Below, piece after piece: positions 1 to 12,872 of a stretch of DNA of 64,000 bases. Origin of the DNA: Antedon mediterranea. Taxonomy: Eukaryota > Animalia > Echinodermata. The DNA lies in the NCBI RefSeq assembly GCF_964355755.1, contig NC_092671.1, positions 20,832,001 through 20,896,000 on the forward strand. Direction: 5' to 3'. The notes below the pieces were generated by a model. That model was given only the letters and a program-made list of their open reading frames with translations, did not search any database and was not told the origin of the DNA. Numbering within the stretch: position 1 is the stretch's first letter; the number at the start of each line of letters is the position of its first letter. Both the position numbers and the translations under genes were made by a program.

Positions 1-252
1 CATCTTTAAGCTTTTCGCTTTTTTTTGTATCTCCATTGAGATCCAGCCACTGATACTCACAGCATTGTAATTTTTTCAGTATTTTGCCTTTGAATGACTT
101 GACATGTTTCAAGAAACTATTTTCATCATCAGAACAGAAAAAAACGCCTAGAGTACTTATATACCAATAGGACAGGTTGTATGAGGAAGTAATTACCATG
201 ATAAAACAACAAGGAACGTAGGCAACAAACAATCATATGGTAAGCGTGACAC

Positions 253-2084
253 CAGTGTTCTCCCCAGGCCTTTGAAGCGTCACGGTACCGTGACGCTTGG
301 GTTCTCTACTGTGACGCTTTACGGTCGGCCGTGACGCTTAAAAATATCAACCACAACAATCTAAAAATAGATTAACAGGCAGGTACGGTACTTTCTCTAG
401 AGCTGAGGCGCGGCATGCATAAAGAGCCTAATGCATACGAGACACGTGACATGACCACTAGACGAAAAACAAAAGACTGCGTAACAAAGTGTTAAACAAC
501 TGAGACTCGCTTTCACCGGCCGCCGCCAAGAGATGTAAACATGTGTTTTGTTACTGCCATGTCTCTCTTTCGATCTCTAGTATTTGGCTGTTGTCTAAAA
601 TGTAGTAACTTGTATATTGTAAATAAAGTAAATGATTGATTGTATTGTTTTTCTTGTAAAAATGTTATGTGTATTAAAAATAAATATCGATGATATTATT
701 ATTTTCAATATCACACTGAATTAATCGACTCTATCGGTGGGATTTACTCTTTCGTCGGTAACATACACACGTCATCAAATGATTTCTAGGCGCAATTCAA
801 TGCTAGCTGCTTTGATCGTATAATACATTCAAGAAGGCTACGATCGTTTTCCTATTTGCTAGTGCGCTAAAGTCTTATTTCACTTAACTTAAGTGTATTT
901 GTACATCGGTGGTAGAATGTTTTAGGCCCTACTTCGTGAGAAAGTTGAGTGACAAGGGATGTCACATGGTATTGTGATATCAGTACTGCGATACTGTATG
1001 TCACATGGTGCTTTCACCGGCCGCCGCCGAGAGATGTAAGCACGTGTTTTGTTACTGCCATGTCTCTCTTTCGAATCGTTTTCCTATTTCCTAGTGCGCT
1101 ATGAAGTCTTATTTCCGGGCAACTAGAGGTGTCTTACTAATGAGTAGGCCTAGTTTTATTTTATCGGGACTTGCCCCCGATGTTTGTATTTGAACGCAAA
1201 AAAATGTTTTTTTATCGGATAAGTTTACCCGCCGGCGAAAAAAAAAAGTAGGCTACGATCGTTTTAATGTTTGCTAACGCGCTATGAGGTGTCGTTTCGG
1301 GCTAACTACAGTTGACTACTGATGAGTAGGCATATTTTTTTTTTCATATATCGCGTACAGTACCTGCGGAAAAGTAGGCTCAATCGGGCTGTTTGCTAGC
1401 GCGCTATGAAGTGTCCTTTCCGGCCAACTACAGAGTTGTCCTACTGATGAGTAGCATTTTTTTATTTCATCGGGGAATTCCCCTTGACGTTCGTAATGAA
1501 CGCAAAAAATGTTTCTTATCACGTATGTTTACCGGCGGAAAAAGCAGGCTACGATCGTGGGGTTTGCTAGCGCGCTATGAAGTGTCTTTCCGGCCAACTA
1601 CAGAGTTGTCCTACTCCTGAGTAGGCCTAGTTTTATTTCATCGGGGAATTCCCCTTGACGTTCGTATTGAACGCAAAAACATGTTTTTATCGCGTATGTT
1701 TACTGGCGGAAAAAGTATGCTACGATGGTTTTACTGTTTGCTAGTGCGCTATAAAGTTTCGTTTCCGGCCAACTAGAGTTGTCCTACTGATGAGTAGGCT
1801 AATAGATTAGGCCTATTTTTTTCATTGGGGCTTCCCCCTGACGTTCGTAATGAACGCAAAAAATGTTTCTTCGCGTATGTTTACCGGCGGAAAAAAGTTG
1901 GGTACGATCGTTTTGTTGTAAGTGTTAATTCCGGCCAAACCAGAGGCGTCATTCAACATAAATGTTATGTGCGAGAGTACCATTTCCGGCCATCTAGGGT
2001 GTAAATTACCAAAAATCGCTTCGTGACTCAAGTACTTAGTGTCGGAATGCGTGACGCTTGATGTGAATCCTGGGGAGCACACTG
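253..2084. mobile_element. Non-autonomous TIR DNA transposon (hAT-like)
   Basis: TIRs CAGTGTTCTCCCCAGG and CCTGGGGAGCACACTG; flanking direct repeat GTGACAC(C) at 246 and 2085; subterminal GTGACGCTT repeats at both ends. Confidence 0.8.
1075..1935 (+). repeat. Diverged minisatellite (units ~130-180 bp) inside the hAT-like element
   Basis: Recurring block ctacgatcg..tttgctagcgcgctatgaagt..ttccggccaactacagagttgtcctactgatgagtaggc..gaacgcaaaaaatg..tttaccggcggaaaaa, about 5-6 copies. Confidence 0.85.
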
Positions 2085-2559
2085 GTGACACCTAAGTTTA
2101 TAGATATGTTTGTTCCAAGGAAGGTTTAATCCATGTGAGCACAGAAAGAACACGGTAGTAAATAACTGTACTGTAAAATAATAAATTTCATCAAACTTGC
2201 AATTCATTAATGGGCACTGTTATTTTTTGCTGTAGCCTTGAACCCAAGGAAGAAAGAAGTGCAATTTAAACATTAAGTACGAGGCAATCGCTACAATTTA
2301 TAGTAAAGATTTACAGAAGAGTACTTGACTGCAATAGTGATATTATGTTTCTGTCTTCACAAGATTCAATAGATGTTGACCTCTGTAACCCTTTAAGTTA
2401 AATTAAAGTGCTTAACATTTCAATTTTAATGAAGATTAAAAAAAAAAAAAAACATTAGAGCAATTTTTAATTTGAGAAAAAATATCCCCATATTCCAAAA
2501 TAATGAGAAAAAGGTGTTTCTCGACTGATTTGTGTCATAATATATCCTACATAACATAT

Positions 2560-2790
2560 CTAATTTACTTCATATAAACCTTTTCACGATCTCCGATTTG
2601 CAAACAAATGTCTATTTATTCACCATACCACAAACTTCAAATTCATGTGGTAATCGATCATTTATTTTTGCAGCTCCATCTCTTTGGAACCAACTTCCCG
2701 AACATGTTAAATCTTCAAATTCATTCATTCAATATAAGATTTCCTTGTTTTTGTTTTTATTAGATAGGTACAACTTAGATTGGAAACAAA
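2560..2790 (+). mobile_element. 3' end remnant of a CR1/L2-type LINE
   Basis: Translation 'GNRSFIFAAPSLWNQLPEHVKSSNS..FK' is the typical C-terminus of L2/CR1 ORF2. Confidence 0.7.
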
Positions 2791-3012
2791 AGGCACAATA
2801 ATCTATTTCCCAATTTATTGAAATGGAATAGTTTGAAACTCAAGCTTACCATCGGGACTTTGCGTTGACTACAAAAAGGGGGTTTCTATTGATCACTATG
2901 GCGATGCGCGTAGTCTACTAGAATTAGGGTTGTTTTGTTATGGAGGGCTCCCTAACTGCACCAATTGTTTTTAGAGAGAAAAAAACATGTATTTACTTAC
3001 TTTTTATAGGTT

Positions 3013-3165
3013 TCAAAGTTCAATTGGTAAATTGTGGTTTTCAGTTGAGAAGGTGGTGTTAGATATTCTTTTCTTCTGTTTCTCAATGTGTCCCCGAAGT
3101 CCAAAAAAGATGTTCATCACTACAACACTGAGGGCAGTATCTAGAACCGTTTGAGGTGTCCAAAC
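3013..3165 (-). CDS. STARD3: STARD3 last coding exon: START C-terminal helix and stop
   Basis: cttcatAG acceptor; 153 nt; VWTPQTVLDTALSVVVMNIFFGLRGHIEKQKKRISNTTFSTENHNLPIEL*; matches the 'xWLPxxVIDxAL...F..LR.HI' end of START domains. Confidence 0.85.
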   Translation of the reverse strand, partial: VWTPQTVLDTALSVVVMNIFFGLRGHIEKQKKRISNTTFSTENHNLPIEL

Positions 3166-3179
3166 CTATGAAGTATAAT

Positions 3180-3435
3180 AATAAAAACATCCAATTTTAG
3201 CCACAAATAACTGTAACACTTGGAATAACATATAACATATAAGAGTGGGTGTTAAATCATCTCTAAGTATATCGAGTATTATTGCTAATGAATTCCACCA
3301 CATTTGTATGAACTGAGTAATTGGGTAATTGGATAAGGGGTTGTGCAGTCCATCCATGTTTCAGTTACAGAGATAATGTCAACATTAAAATCAAGTGATT
3401 TAATACAGTTAGAAATGGATTCAAAGTTTTTGTAG
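3180..3435 (-). mobile_element. LINE endonuclease remnant
   Basis: Minus strand reads KNFESISNCIKSLDFNVDIISVTE.. (APE 'DII.VTETW' motif) and then frameshifts. Confidence 0.55.
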
Positions 3436-3507
3436 GCTTACTACCATTGAAATGTATACATTAATCATTAATAAAAATTATTAGTAAATTCATTTTGAAA
3501 ATAATAA

Positions 3508-6500
3508 TTGGTTATCCGCACTTGGCGGATAACCCCTTGTTATTGTCGGGATCTCTATTTATTTTTTCTATCTTATTAGTTATTCCTTGTAATCGTCCTG
3601 TTACATTTTTTTTGGTTATCCGCACTTGGCGGATAACCCCTTGTTATTGTCAGGATCTTTTTTTTTTATTTTTCTCTTTTTTTTTCTATTTTCTTCTTTC
3701 TTTCCACGAATTTTGTTGCGCGTGTACCTCTAAATCTTCTCAACATAACATTGTATAACTTTATCAAAAGATTGACCTCTATCTGAAGATGTCGTAATAA
3801 GGTTTTCGGTCGCGTCCGAGTTGCACAGCGTAAGTTACGCGCAATTTTATGAATTTTAATGATTGATCATAGATGAAAAACCAAAAGTCATTTTGTATTG
3901 AAACTTGGTGAAAATTTAAGTCATACCATGCGCAAACTTTCTATGGATTAAAAATGGCATGTTTCACAGAAAGTTTAAAATTTTAAAATGCGAAAAATCA
4001 ACTTCTAATCAACTTTCTACGCGTTTCATGTCATTTTGAGCATTTAAAAAATTCCCACGCGTGCGCAATTTTTTTACACGCGCGTGTGCACGTGGCGCAA
4101 AAACATCTTTTTTTTTGCTTGATTTTTTTTTTCCAGCATTTTATAGTAAATTTACCAATTTTCAATCAATTTCGACTTAAAATCACGTCAGACGAGCATG
4201 TAGAATTGAACAATTTACGCGCGTTTTTGATGAAAAAGTTAAAAAATTCGTGAAAATTATGCCTTTTTTAAAAAAGTCATAGATTCTAAACTACGTGGTG
4301 AACTTTTTTAAAATTACAGATTCTGGAAGTAGATGAGTTGTAGATATCGAATCATGCATGGATATGGCTAACCGGACATTGTGACATCATCGTATGGCCA
4401 CTCGAATATAAAATATAGGATTTTTGTCTCTTTCGTCATAGCGCATCACATTTAGTAGAGCGCATCTCTACTTATCCGTATTCCATTTCCCTCCATTTTT
4501 ATATATTGTCTAGGTCAATTAATTATCTTTCGCATGATTCACCATTTTTAAAATTGTTATGACGTCATCATGTGCAAAAGCGTCAATAACTTTGGTCACT
4601 TATTTGCACCTATTCTGCACTGTATGTAGTACGTATATAGTATATAGTGTATGCTGTATATACTTGGACGTCACGACAAACGCCACAAGCACGTCATACG
4701 TTGGAATATTGCACACAGAAAAAGATTATGGCATTTTGACCTGAACTGAAGAATATCATATCTTGTTAGTGCTGAATTCTGTCTATTCACCTTCACAACA
4801 TCCGATTGACAAAATGTTCACATTAATTCGTATCTACAGTCCAATAGCTTCCAGAAAACGTTTTAATCATAATTATCACTTTTTATTCTTACGAGCTATA
4901 ACACATTAAAATTTACTGTAAAGATGAAATTAATGACCCTGTTAATTATAATTTTTAGGCATGATGACGTCATAAAAATTAAAATATTTCTAACTCATGC
5001 GTAAGATAGTTGATTGACCTAGACAACATTAAAATCTCGGAGAAAAAGGAATACAGATAGGCGTGATGCGCTCCATTGAATATGATGAGCAATAACGAAA
5101 TAGACAAAAATCCTATATTTTACATTCGTGTGGCCATACGATGACGTCACAATGTCCGGTTAGCCACATTGATTCATGATCCGATATCTACAACTCATCA
5201 ACTTCCAGAATATGTAATTAAAAAAAGTTCACCTCGTTGTTTAGAATCTATGACTGTTTAAAAAAAGGAATAATTTTGACGAATTTTTTTACTTTTTCAT
5301 CAAAAATGCACGTAAATTATCCAATTCAACATGCCCGTATGACGTAATTTTAAGTCGAAATTGTTTAAAAGTTGGTAAAATTACTAGAAAAGGCTGAGAA
5401 AACATAAATAACGCAAACAAATTGTTGTCAACACTACGTTCGCACCATGCGCGTAAAAAAATGCGCACGCGTGGGAATTTTTTACATGCTCAAAATGACA
5501 TGAAACGCGTAGAAAGTTGATTTTTCGCATTTTAAAATTTGAAACGCGCATGCGCGCGTAACTTTGTTTGAAACATGCCATTTTTTTATCACAGTCAGCT
5601 AGCGCAAGATATAAATTAAACTTTTGTTAAGTTTCAATTTTACGTTGTTATATGGTTTTCGATATATGTAAAAAACGCGAAATTCATAAAAACACGCGTA
5701 AGTTACGTTGCGCATTTCTGACGTCATTCACAATAGCAGGTGCACAACTTCATGTGAATGCCCACATGTTGACAAAGTTATAAAATGTTATGTTTACACG
5801 TTTTTGAGATACGCGTGACACAAAAATGACAGAAAGAAAGAAGAATACAGAAAAACTAGATTTGAACTCGTCACTTTGACGAGTTCAGGTTATCCGCGCA
5901 TACGCAACATGCACATACTTTAAACTATATGAACCTCGACAATTATTATGCCATCCTTTGACATGAAATAAATATGTTTACAGTGCTGAATTGTACCGAT
6001 TTTGTAGCATACATCATATTACAGTATTTACAGAATACACTGTATATGTTATATACAGTGTAGCATAGACGGAATTACGAGACCCATCTTTTAAATCCAA
6101 TTATTAACACGATGACATAATCAAATTGACATACAAAAATAACACTTTTAGAAGATAATTATCTAATTAATTACATTAATACAAATTTGAAGAATTTTGG
6201 GCACGTAAACGTGAGATGCGCTCTCGTTTAAACGCAATGAACTTTTACGCAAGAGGTGAAAATACGACTTTTTTTATTCAATTTGCCATTTGATGATGTC
6301 ACAACATCTGATTGGCAACATTTTCACATGATTTCGTATCTACAATCCAATAGCTTCCAGAAAACGTTTTAATCATGATTATCACTTTTTATTCAGACGA
6401 GCTATAACCGATTAAAATTTACTGTAAAGATGAAAATAAGTGACCCACGTGATGACGTCATAACAATTAAAATAGTTTTAACTCATGCGAATGATAGTTG

Positions 6501-8963
6501 ATTGACGTAGACAATAATAAAATCTCGGGGGAAATGGAATTCGTAAAGCGAGATGTGCTTTGTTGAATGTGATGAGCAATAACGAAATAGACAAAAATCC
6601 TATTTTTTACATTCGTGTGGCCAAACGATGACGTCATAACATCCTAGAGGTAAAAATTCTGCATAAATTCATATCTACAATTTATCTTCTTGCATAATAA
6701 GTTAAAAAAATTGGGGGTCACCTTCGATCATGAAGAGCTATAATAGATTCAAAATAGGCATTATGTTGACAATATTTTTTCAACAGAAACGCGTGCAAAT
6801 GGTCTAAATCAACGTGCTCGTATGACGTAATTTTAAGTAAAAATTTGTACGTCAAATGTGTACATGAATTCATATCTACAACTCAATGGCTTCCAGAATA
6901 AGTTAAAAAAATTGGGGGTCATCGTGCATTCTGAAGAAATATTTTTATTTTAAAAATGCCTTATTTTTCACCCTTTTCAGCACTTTGATGCAATTAATTT
7001 GCGAGCACGTCAAATTGTACAATTTGCGCAAATTTTTAATGAAAAATTTCAAAAATTCGTCAAAATTATGCCCTTTTTTAAACAATCATAGATTACTACG
7101 AGGTAAACTTTTTTTTACTTACATATTCGGGAAGGTGATGAGTTGTAGATATCGGATCATTAATCAATATTGTTAACCGGACATTGTGACGTCATCGTAT
7201 GGCCACACGAATGTAAAATATATAATTTTTGTCTCTTTCATTTATTGCTCATCACATTAAATGGAGCGCATTATGCTTATCTGTATTCTTTTTTCTCTGA
7301 GATTTTGATCTGGTCTATGTCAATCAACTATCTTATGCATGAGTAAAAAATATTTTAATTTTTATGACGTCATCATGCCTAAAAATTTAAATTACGTGTA
7401 TACAGATTATACTGTGTACTGTTAAATGTATATACTATATGACACAAAATAGACAGAAGTTAGCACTAACAACATATCATATTCTTCAGTTCAGGTCATA
7501 ATGCCATAATCTTTTTCTGTGTGCAACATTCCGACGTATGATGTGCATGTGGCGTTTGTAGAGCGGATAACTAACTCGTCAAAGTGACAAGTTTCATGTC
7601 TAGTTCTTCTTTCTTTCCACGAATTTTGTCCGCAGCGTTTCTCTATTTTCTGGCCAACATAAGATTGTATAACTTTGTCAAAAGATTGACCTTTATATAT
7701 GTATATGTGCAGCCAAGCTTTTCGACGACGGTTTTATGAATTTCAATGATTGATCATAGATTAAAAACCAAAAGTCATTTTGTATTGAAACTTGGTGAAA
7801 ATTTAAGTCATATCATGCGCAAACTTTCTATGGATTAAAAATGGCATGTTTCACGGAAAGTTACGCGCGCATGCGCATTTAAAATTTCACGATGCGAAAA
7901 ATCAATTTCTAATCAACTTTCTATGCATGCAAAATGTATTGTAAACCAAATCAAGGTATGAGAGTTGATAAAGCAAAACTTGGTAATCATTATTGAAAAG
8001 ATGTTATTATAGCCTGGTTTAAACTAAGAAATGATTATAATGAGGTATTGTGGTATAATCAAACATTGAAATAGATAAGAAAGGAGGAATGATGATTGAG
8101 ATGATGTGACGTCCTCAAACGTCTTTGGGTTTTCCTTTTGTTTTGTTCTGTAAAGTGTAATGTTTTTGACAAAATGAAAAAAAAAATAAAAGTTTTTGCT
8201 AAAAAAAAAAAGAAGAAACTTAATCTATGCGTTTCATGTCATTTTGAGCATTTCAAAAATTCCCAAACGAAGCGCAAAAACATCTTTTTTTTTGCTTGAT
8301 TTTTGTTTTTCGAGCCTTTTCTAGTAATTTTACCAACTTTTAAACAATTTCGACTTAAAATCACGTCATACGAGCACGTAAAATTGAACAATTTGCTTGC
8401 GTTTTTGATGAAAAAGTTCAAAAATTTGTGAAAATTATGCATTTTTAAAAAAAGTCATAGATTCTAAACTACGTGGTGAAATTTTTTTAAATTACAGATT
8501 CTGGAAGTTGATGAATTGTAGATATCAAATCATGAATCAATATGGCTAACCGGACATTGTGACGTCATCGTATGGCCACCCGAATATAAAATATAGGATT
8601 TTTGTATTTTTCGTCATAGCTTATCACATTTAATAGAGCGCATCTCCACTTATCTGTATTCCATTTTCCTCTATTTTTTATATTGTCTAGGTCAATCAAT
8701 TACCTTTCGCATAATTCATCATGTTCAAAAGCGTCAATAACTTTGGTCACTTATTTTCACCTATTCTGCACTGTATGTAGTACTTATACAGAATATAGTG
8801 TATGCTGTATATACTTGGACGTCACGCAAAATAGAGAGCGCACTAACGTTTTTTCAATGGCATAATCGTTTGTCTGTGCGCAATATTGTAACGTATGACA
8901 TGCGCGTGGCTTTTGCGCTGCTGATAACCCAACTCGTCCGTAGTGACAAGTTCAAATCTAGTT
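3508..8963. mobile_element. Nested cluster of Helentron-type non-autonomous elements (family A)
   Basis: 5' hairpins GGTTATCCGC-acttg-GCGGATAACC at 3510 and 3614; 3' ends (GATAAC + aactcgtca/tgacgagtt-type stem-loop + CTAG + TT) at 7603 and 8961 on +, and at 5856 on -; shared internal sequence in both orientations; (TTTC)n-like tract near the 5' end. Confidence 0.8.
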
Positions 8964-9196
8964 AGAAATATTTTGGGTCGTAAAGAAATTTTTGTCCGGG
9001 TCTATATATTGTAAAATTTGCTATTAGAAAATGGATTGAATATTAAATTAGAAAATAGATCATTGACATTATGTGCTTCCATTGACAAAGACAAGGTTGC
9101 AAACAAGAAACAAAACACAAAAGAGTGCTAACATTACTTCACTATTGTTTATTGAAGAGGTCTACAGACTACTGTCTGAATAGAGTACTTCTCTTA

Positions 9197-10108
9197 GGCC
9201 CCGTTTCTGCTGCCAAAAATATACCGTATATATACGGTATATTTTATATACGGTATATTTTTTGGCAGCAGAAATGGGTCTCATAAAAAATATACCGTAT
9301 ATATTTGCGGTATATATACTGCATAAATATCCCCATCGTTTGTAGATATTATACGGTATATTCCAAAATATACCGTATATTTCGTTCCCCGTTTCTGCTG
9401 CACTCAAAATATACCGTAAATGTGACCCGACTCATGACACGACGTCAAAAACTAACAGAGCGCGACGCGTTTGTTTTGGTTTTTCTGCTGCACTGAAAGT
9501 TGAAACACACGTGTAAAAGCAAGCAACAGATCAAAATGTCACTGTGGACCGAACAAATCACTATTTTTGCAATTCAATTGTGGGGGGAAGCGAAAGTTGG
9601 GGGGAGACTGCATGGCAACAGAAGAGATACCGAGATTTTAATTACAATAAATCGAATGTTCTTACACAACAACGTGATGTAAAATCATGGTAAAATACTG
9701 TATAATAGAAAATGGAAATTAAAACGGCAATATAGGATAATATAGCATAATATAAACTCAATTTGAATAACAGAGTTGATTTATAGTGACATTTCTAGAT
9801 TGTGCTTGTATCGGTGTAAATTCGTTGCCACTTCTGCTCATTAGATTTAAAATAGAAAGCAATGCTACGACGTTTTGAGAAACCATCATTGTTTTGTTTT
9901 TGTCAGCATGTACTGGTAGGTAAAAACCTCACTACACGAGGTCAATCCATACTTCCGTCTCACGAAATGCATTTTGGGTAATGAAAGCCAACTTTTTTAC
10001 AACCCACCCACGAAGTATGTGCAGCGGAAACGGTGCACGAATTTCATATACGGTATATATACGGTATATTTATACGGTATATTTTGGGTTGGCAGCAGAA
10101 ACGGGCCC
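9197..10108 (+). mobile_element. PIF/Harbinger-derived MITE
   Basis: TIRs GGCCCCGTTTCTGCTGCC and GGCAGCAGAAACGGGCCC; 3-bp flanks TTA/ATA; internal ATACCGTATAT repeats; Myb/SANT-like remnant MSLWTEQITIFAIQLWGE.. at ~9537. Confidence 0.8.
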
Positions 10109-10367
10109 ATAGACATGCTTTGGGGTTTGCGCATGGCCAGGTCAGACTTTACAAATTCCCATTCTTTCAGGTAAACTATTAAGCTTCCGTGTAATACTGT
10201 TTCATAATGCTTCCATCCTCTTAAATATAACTGCCTAAAGGTGCGGTGTGAAAAGAAGTATATTGAAATACAACATAAACATAAATACCCTCAACATGTA
10301 CAGTATTCCAGGATTATAATTTAAACTAAAACCTGTTGTGTACAGTAGTAACACTGTTGATAAGGAA

Positions 10368-10999
10368 GGGTGTGTAGAAATCGATGACCTCGAATTGGAC
10401 GACCCCAACGACCCCTATAGCAAAGCCTAGGCCTAAGTGTGGTATAACATCCCGAAGCCGAACATAGCCAAAGATCTATAAACCATACCTTATATAATAC
10501 TCGCAAGCAAGCAATTGATTGGAAAAATACAGAGAAATATTGCCATTTGATACTAAATGTGTCGACACAAACAAACGAACAGATATGGAACGCCATGAGT
10601 GCATCATTAAAACTGCATTCGACTCTATTACTTACATCTCGTCTTCTTATAACGAACACTATAGGCCTACCAAGCAGCGACGTGTTGCGAACATGTGCAT
10701 GGGGAGGGCCATAAGAAAGCTTTACATTTCACACATGCATTGTATACGGTCAAACCTTACCCGCCGCTGAAAAAGGGGCCGTTTTGACCTTGTTTACCAA
10801 CCATGTACAGTATATGGTATGGTTTAAAGATCTTTGGCTGTGTTCGGCTTCGGGATGTTATACCACACTTAGGCCTAGGCTAGGCTAATAGGGGTCGTCG
10901 GTTTCATGTTATGGGTTGTCCAATCTAGGTCATCCAATTCGAGGTCGCCCGGGTCGTTGGGGTCGTCCAATTCGAGGTCATCGCTTTCTACACACCCTG
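10368..10999. mobile_element. Foldback MITE with 8-bp TSD (hAT-like)
   Basis: GGGTGTGTAGAAA.CGATGACCTCGAATTGGACGACCCCAACGACCC is inverted at 10950-10999; the inverted arms extend ~130 bp; ATAAGGAA is duplicated at 10360 and 11000. Confidence 0.85.
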
Positions 11000-12233
11000 A
11001 TAAGGAATGTAGGTCAGTGAATGTCCATTTCTTGAGGAAGAAACTCAATTTCTATAACATTTCAACACCTGTATGTTTTAACTATTGTATCACCTATACA
11101 CATGTATATGGGTATGTTCAGACTTATGGCGTTATGTAAGCGGCGTATATATTTTTGTGTCTGAACTTGGCCACGGAGTTAGGGAGCTGTTGCGTCGTGC
11201 TGGTGGCGTTAATAACCCTAGAGAGGGTGGATTTAATAATGCTAATCCAGTGATGCATCAGTGATTTTAACTATAACCAATGAAAAGACACGACCACGGT
11301 TAGCATGCCAACAGCATACCTGTACAGCGAGATCAACTATCAGGTTTTCAATTTTAAAGAACAGTACAGTTTGCGTTCAGCGTTCATAAATTAAATACAT
11401 TACTCAGATAATTGTCCATGTACTAATTAGGTTATAATGCATTATTATTATTGGAGTGGAATTGTGGCTTGGTGGTTATGATGCTTGGCTCCAATAAAAA
11501 AAAAAAAAATTATTATTGTGTCTCCGTCTCCTTTGTTTATCATGCTGTACAAAGTACATGCCAGCTCCTTTGTTTCTGGGCTTGGCTATTATAGGTCTGT
11601 CAGCCTACCTGACAGGTTCTCCTTCATACTATTACTCACATATTGCTATGCTTAGTTTATGGAACCGTTCTCGTATTTCCTCAACTCTTGTTAATACTAT
11701 GAAAAATTTAAATATTATGGCCTGTTTCTAGGGGTTGTCATGCTGAGAAAGGTATGCATAAGCAAATTCCTAAAATCAAGAATAGAACGAAGCACACTGT
11801 TTCTACCTTTTCTTGTGGTGTTAAGAGCAGTAACCTGGAATTTTTTCACCTCATCTCGGGCTTCTGACTCCTGCTTTGCGCTATGGAATGAAATACTCGC
11901 TCTCTAAAACGCAAATCTCATCATTTGTGTGACTTCATCATTGAACACAAGGTTGATATAATGATTGATTTACTGGTGATGAACGTGATAACTTTGCTGT
12001 GGGAATTACATCACTAAAATTCTGCCACATTGTACAACTCACAGTTTACCACATTCTTTTAGAGGAGGCGGAGTTATTTTACTTATTAAATCTGGTTTTA
12101 ATGTTTTTATCTCTATGATACTACTTCCTTCAAAGCGCTTGAATACATCAATCTAGTGTCTTAACACCTGTATCTAGCACAGCTTTAAGAGTCTTTATAG
12201 TTTATCGCCCTCCTTTTGCAAAGAACAAACTTA

Positions 12234-12872
12234 CTGTAAATCTTCTAATAGTAACCCACCCTCTAATAGTAACCCCCCTTATACTAACCCACCTTGTAAG
12301 TCAATCTATATATAATAACCCACTACTCTAATAGTAACCCATGGTGGTCACAAACACTATTGACAAAATGACACTAAAATCAAGCAATTTTATTCCTTAA
12401 AATAGGCATGATTGAAAATGATAGCATATAGTTAGCCTAAGCTATAGTTTGAATCTAGTAAAAAGGTGTGACAAGTAATAGTGAAGTCAATATTTTTTAA
12501 GAAGACTGAGAAATGTGTTTATTATGTATTTTTTATTTTTCTTTTCATTATGAAGACTGGTCGTTTATGGTCCAGTCGTATTTTGAAAATAAGGAGATAA
12601 TACATGTGTTGATCTCGGGAGTGGGGGAGGACTGAATGTTTTTTAGTTTATAAAATAAAGTTAGAGTTCAACCAAATTTGTTTATTCGTACTGTTTTATT
12701 ATTTTTTTATAAATTTCTGACCGGAAAAGTTGGGGGGTGGGTTACTATTTTCTGGTGCCTAATTTAAGATTAGTAATAGTAACCCACTACTCTAATAGTA
12801 ACCCCCCTTTTAATAGTAACTAAAAAATAATCAAAGAATAATAACCCAGGGTTACAATTAGAAGATTTACGG
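12234..12872. mobile_element. Tc1/mariner(pogo)-type MITE
   Basis: TA|CTGTAAATCTTCTAAT.GTAACCC ... GGGTTAC.ATTAGAAGATTTACGG|TA; subterminal CTAATAGTAACCC repeats. Confidence 0.8.

Noticed and set aside
1-170. Possible minus-strand exon or L1/Tx1 fragment (TLGVFFCSDDENSFLKH..)
   Set aside because: Short, ends in a stop and is truncated by the window edge; not enough evidence to call.
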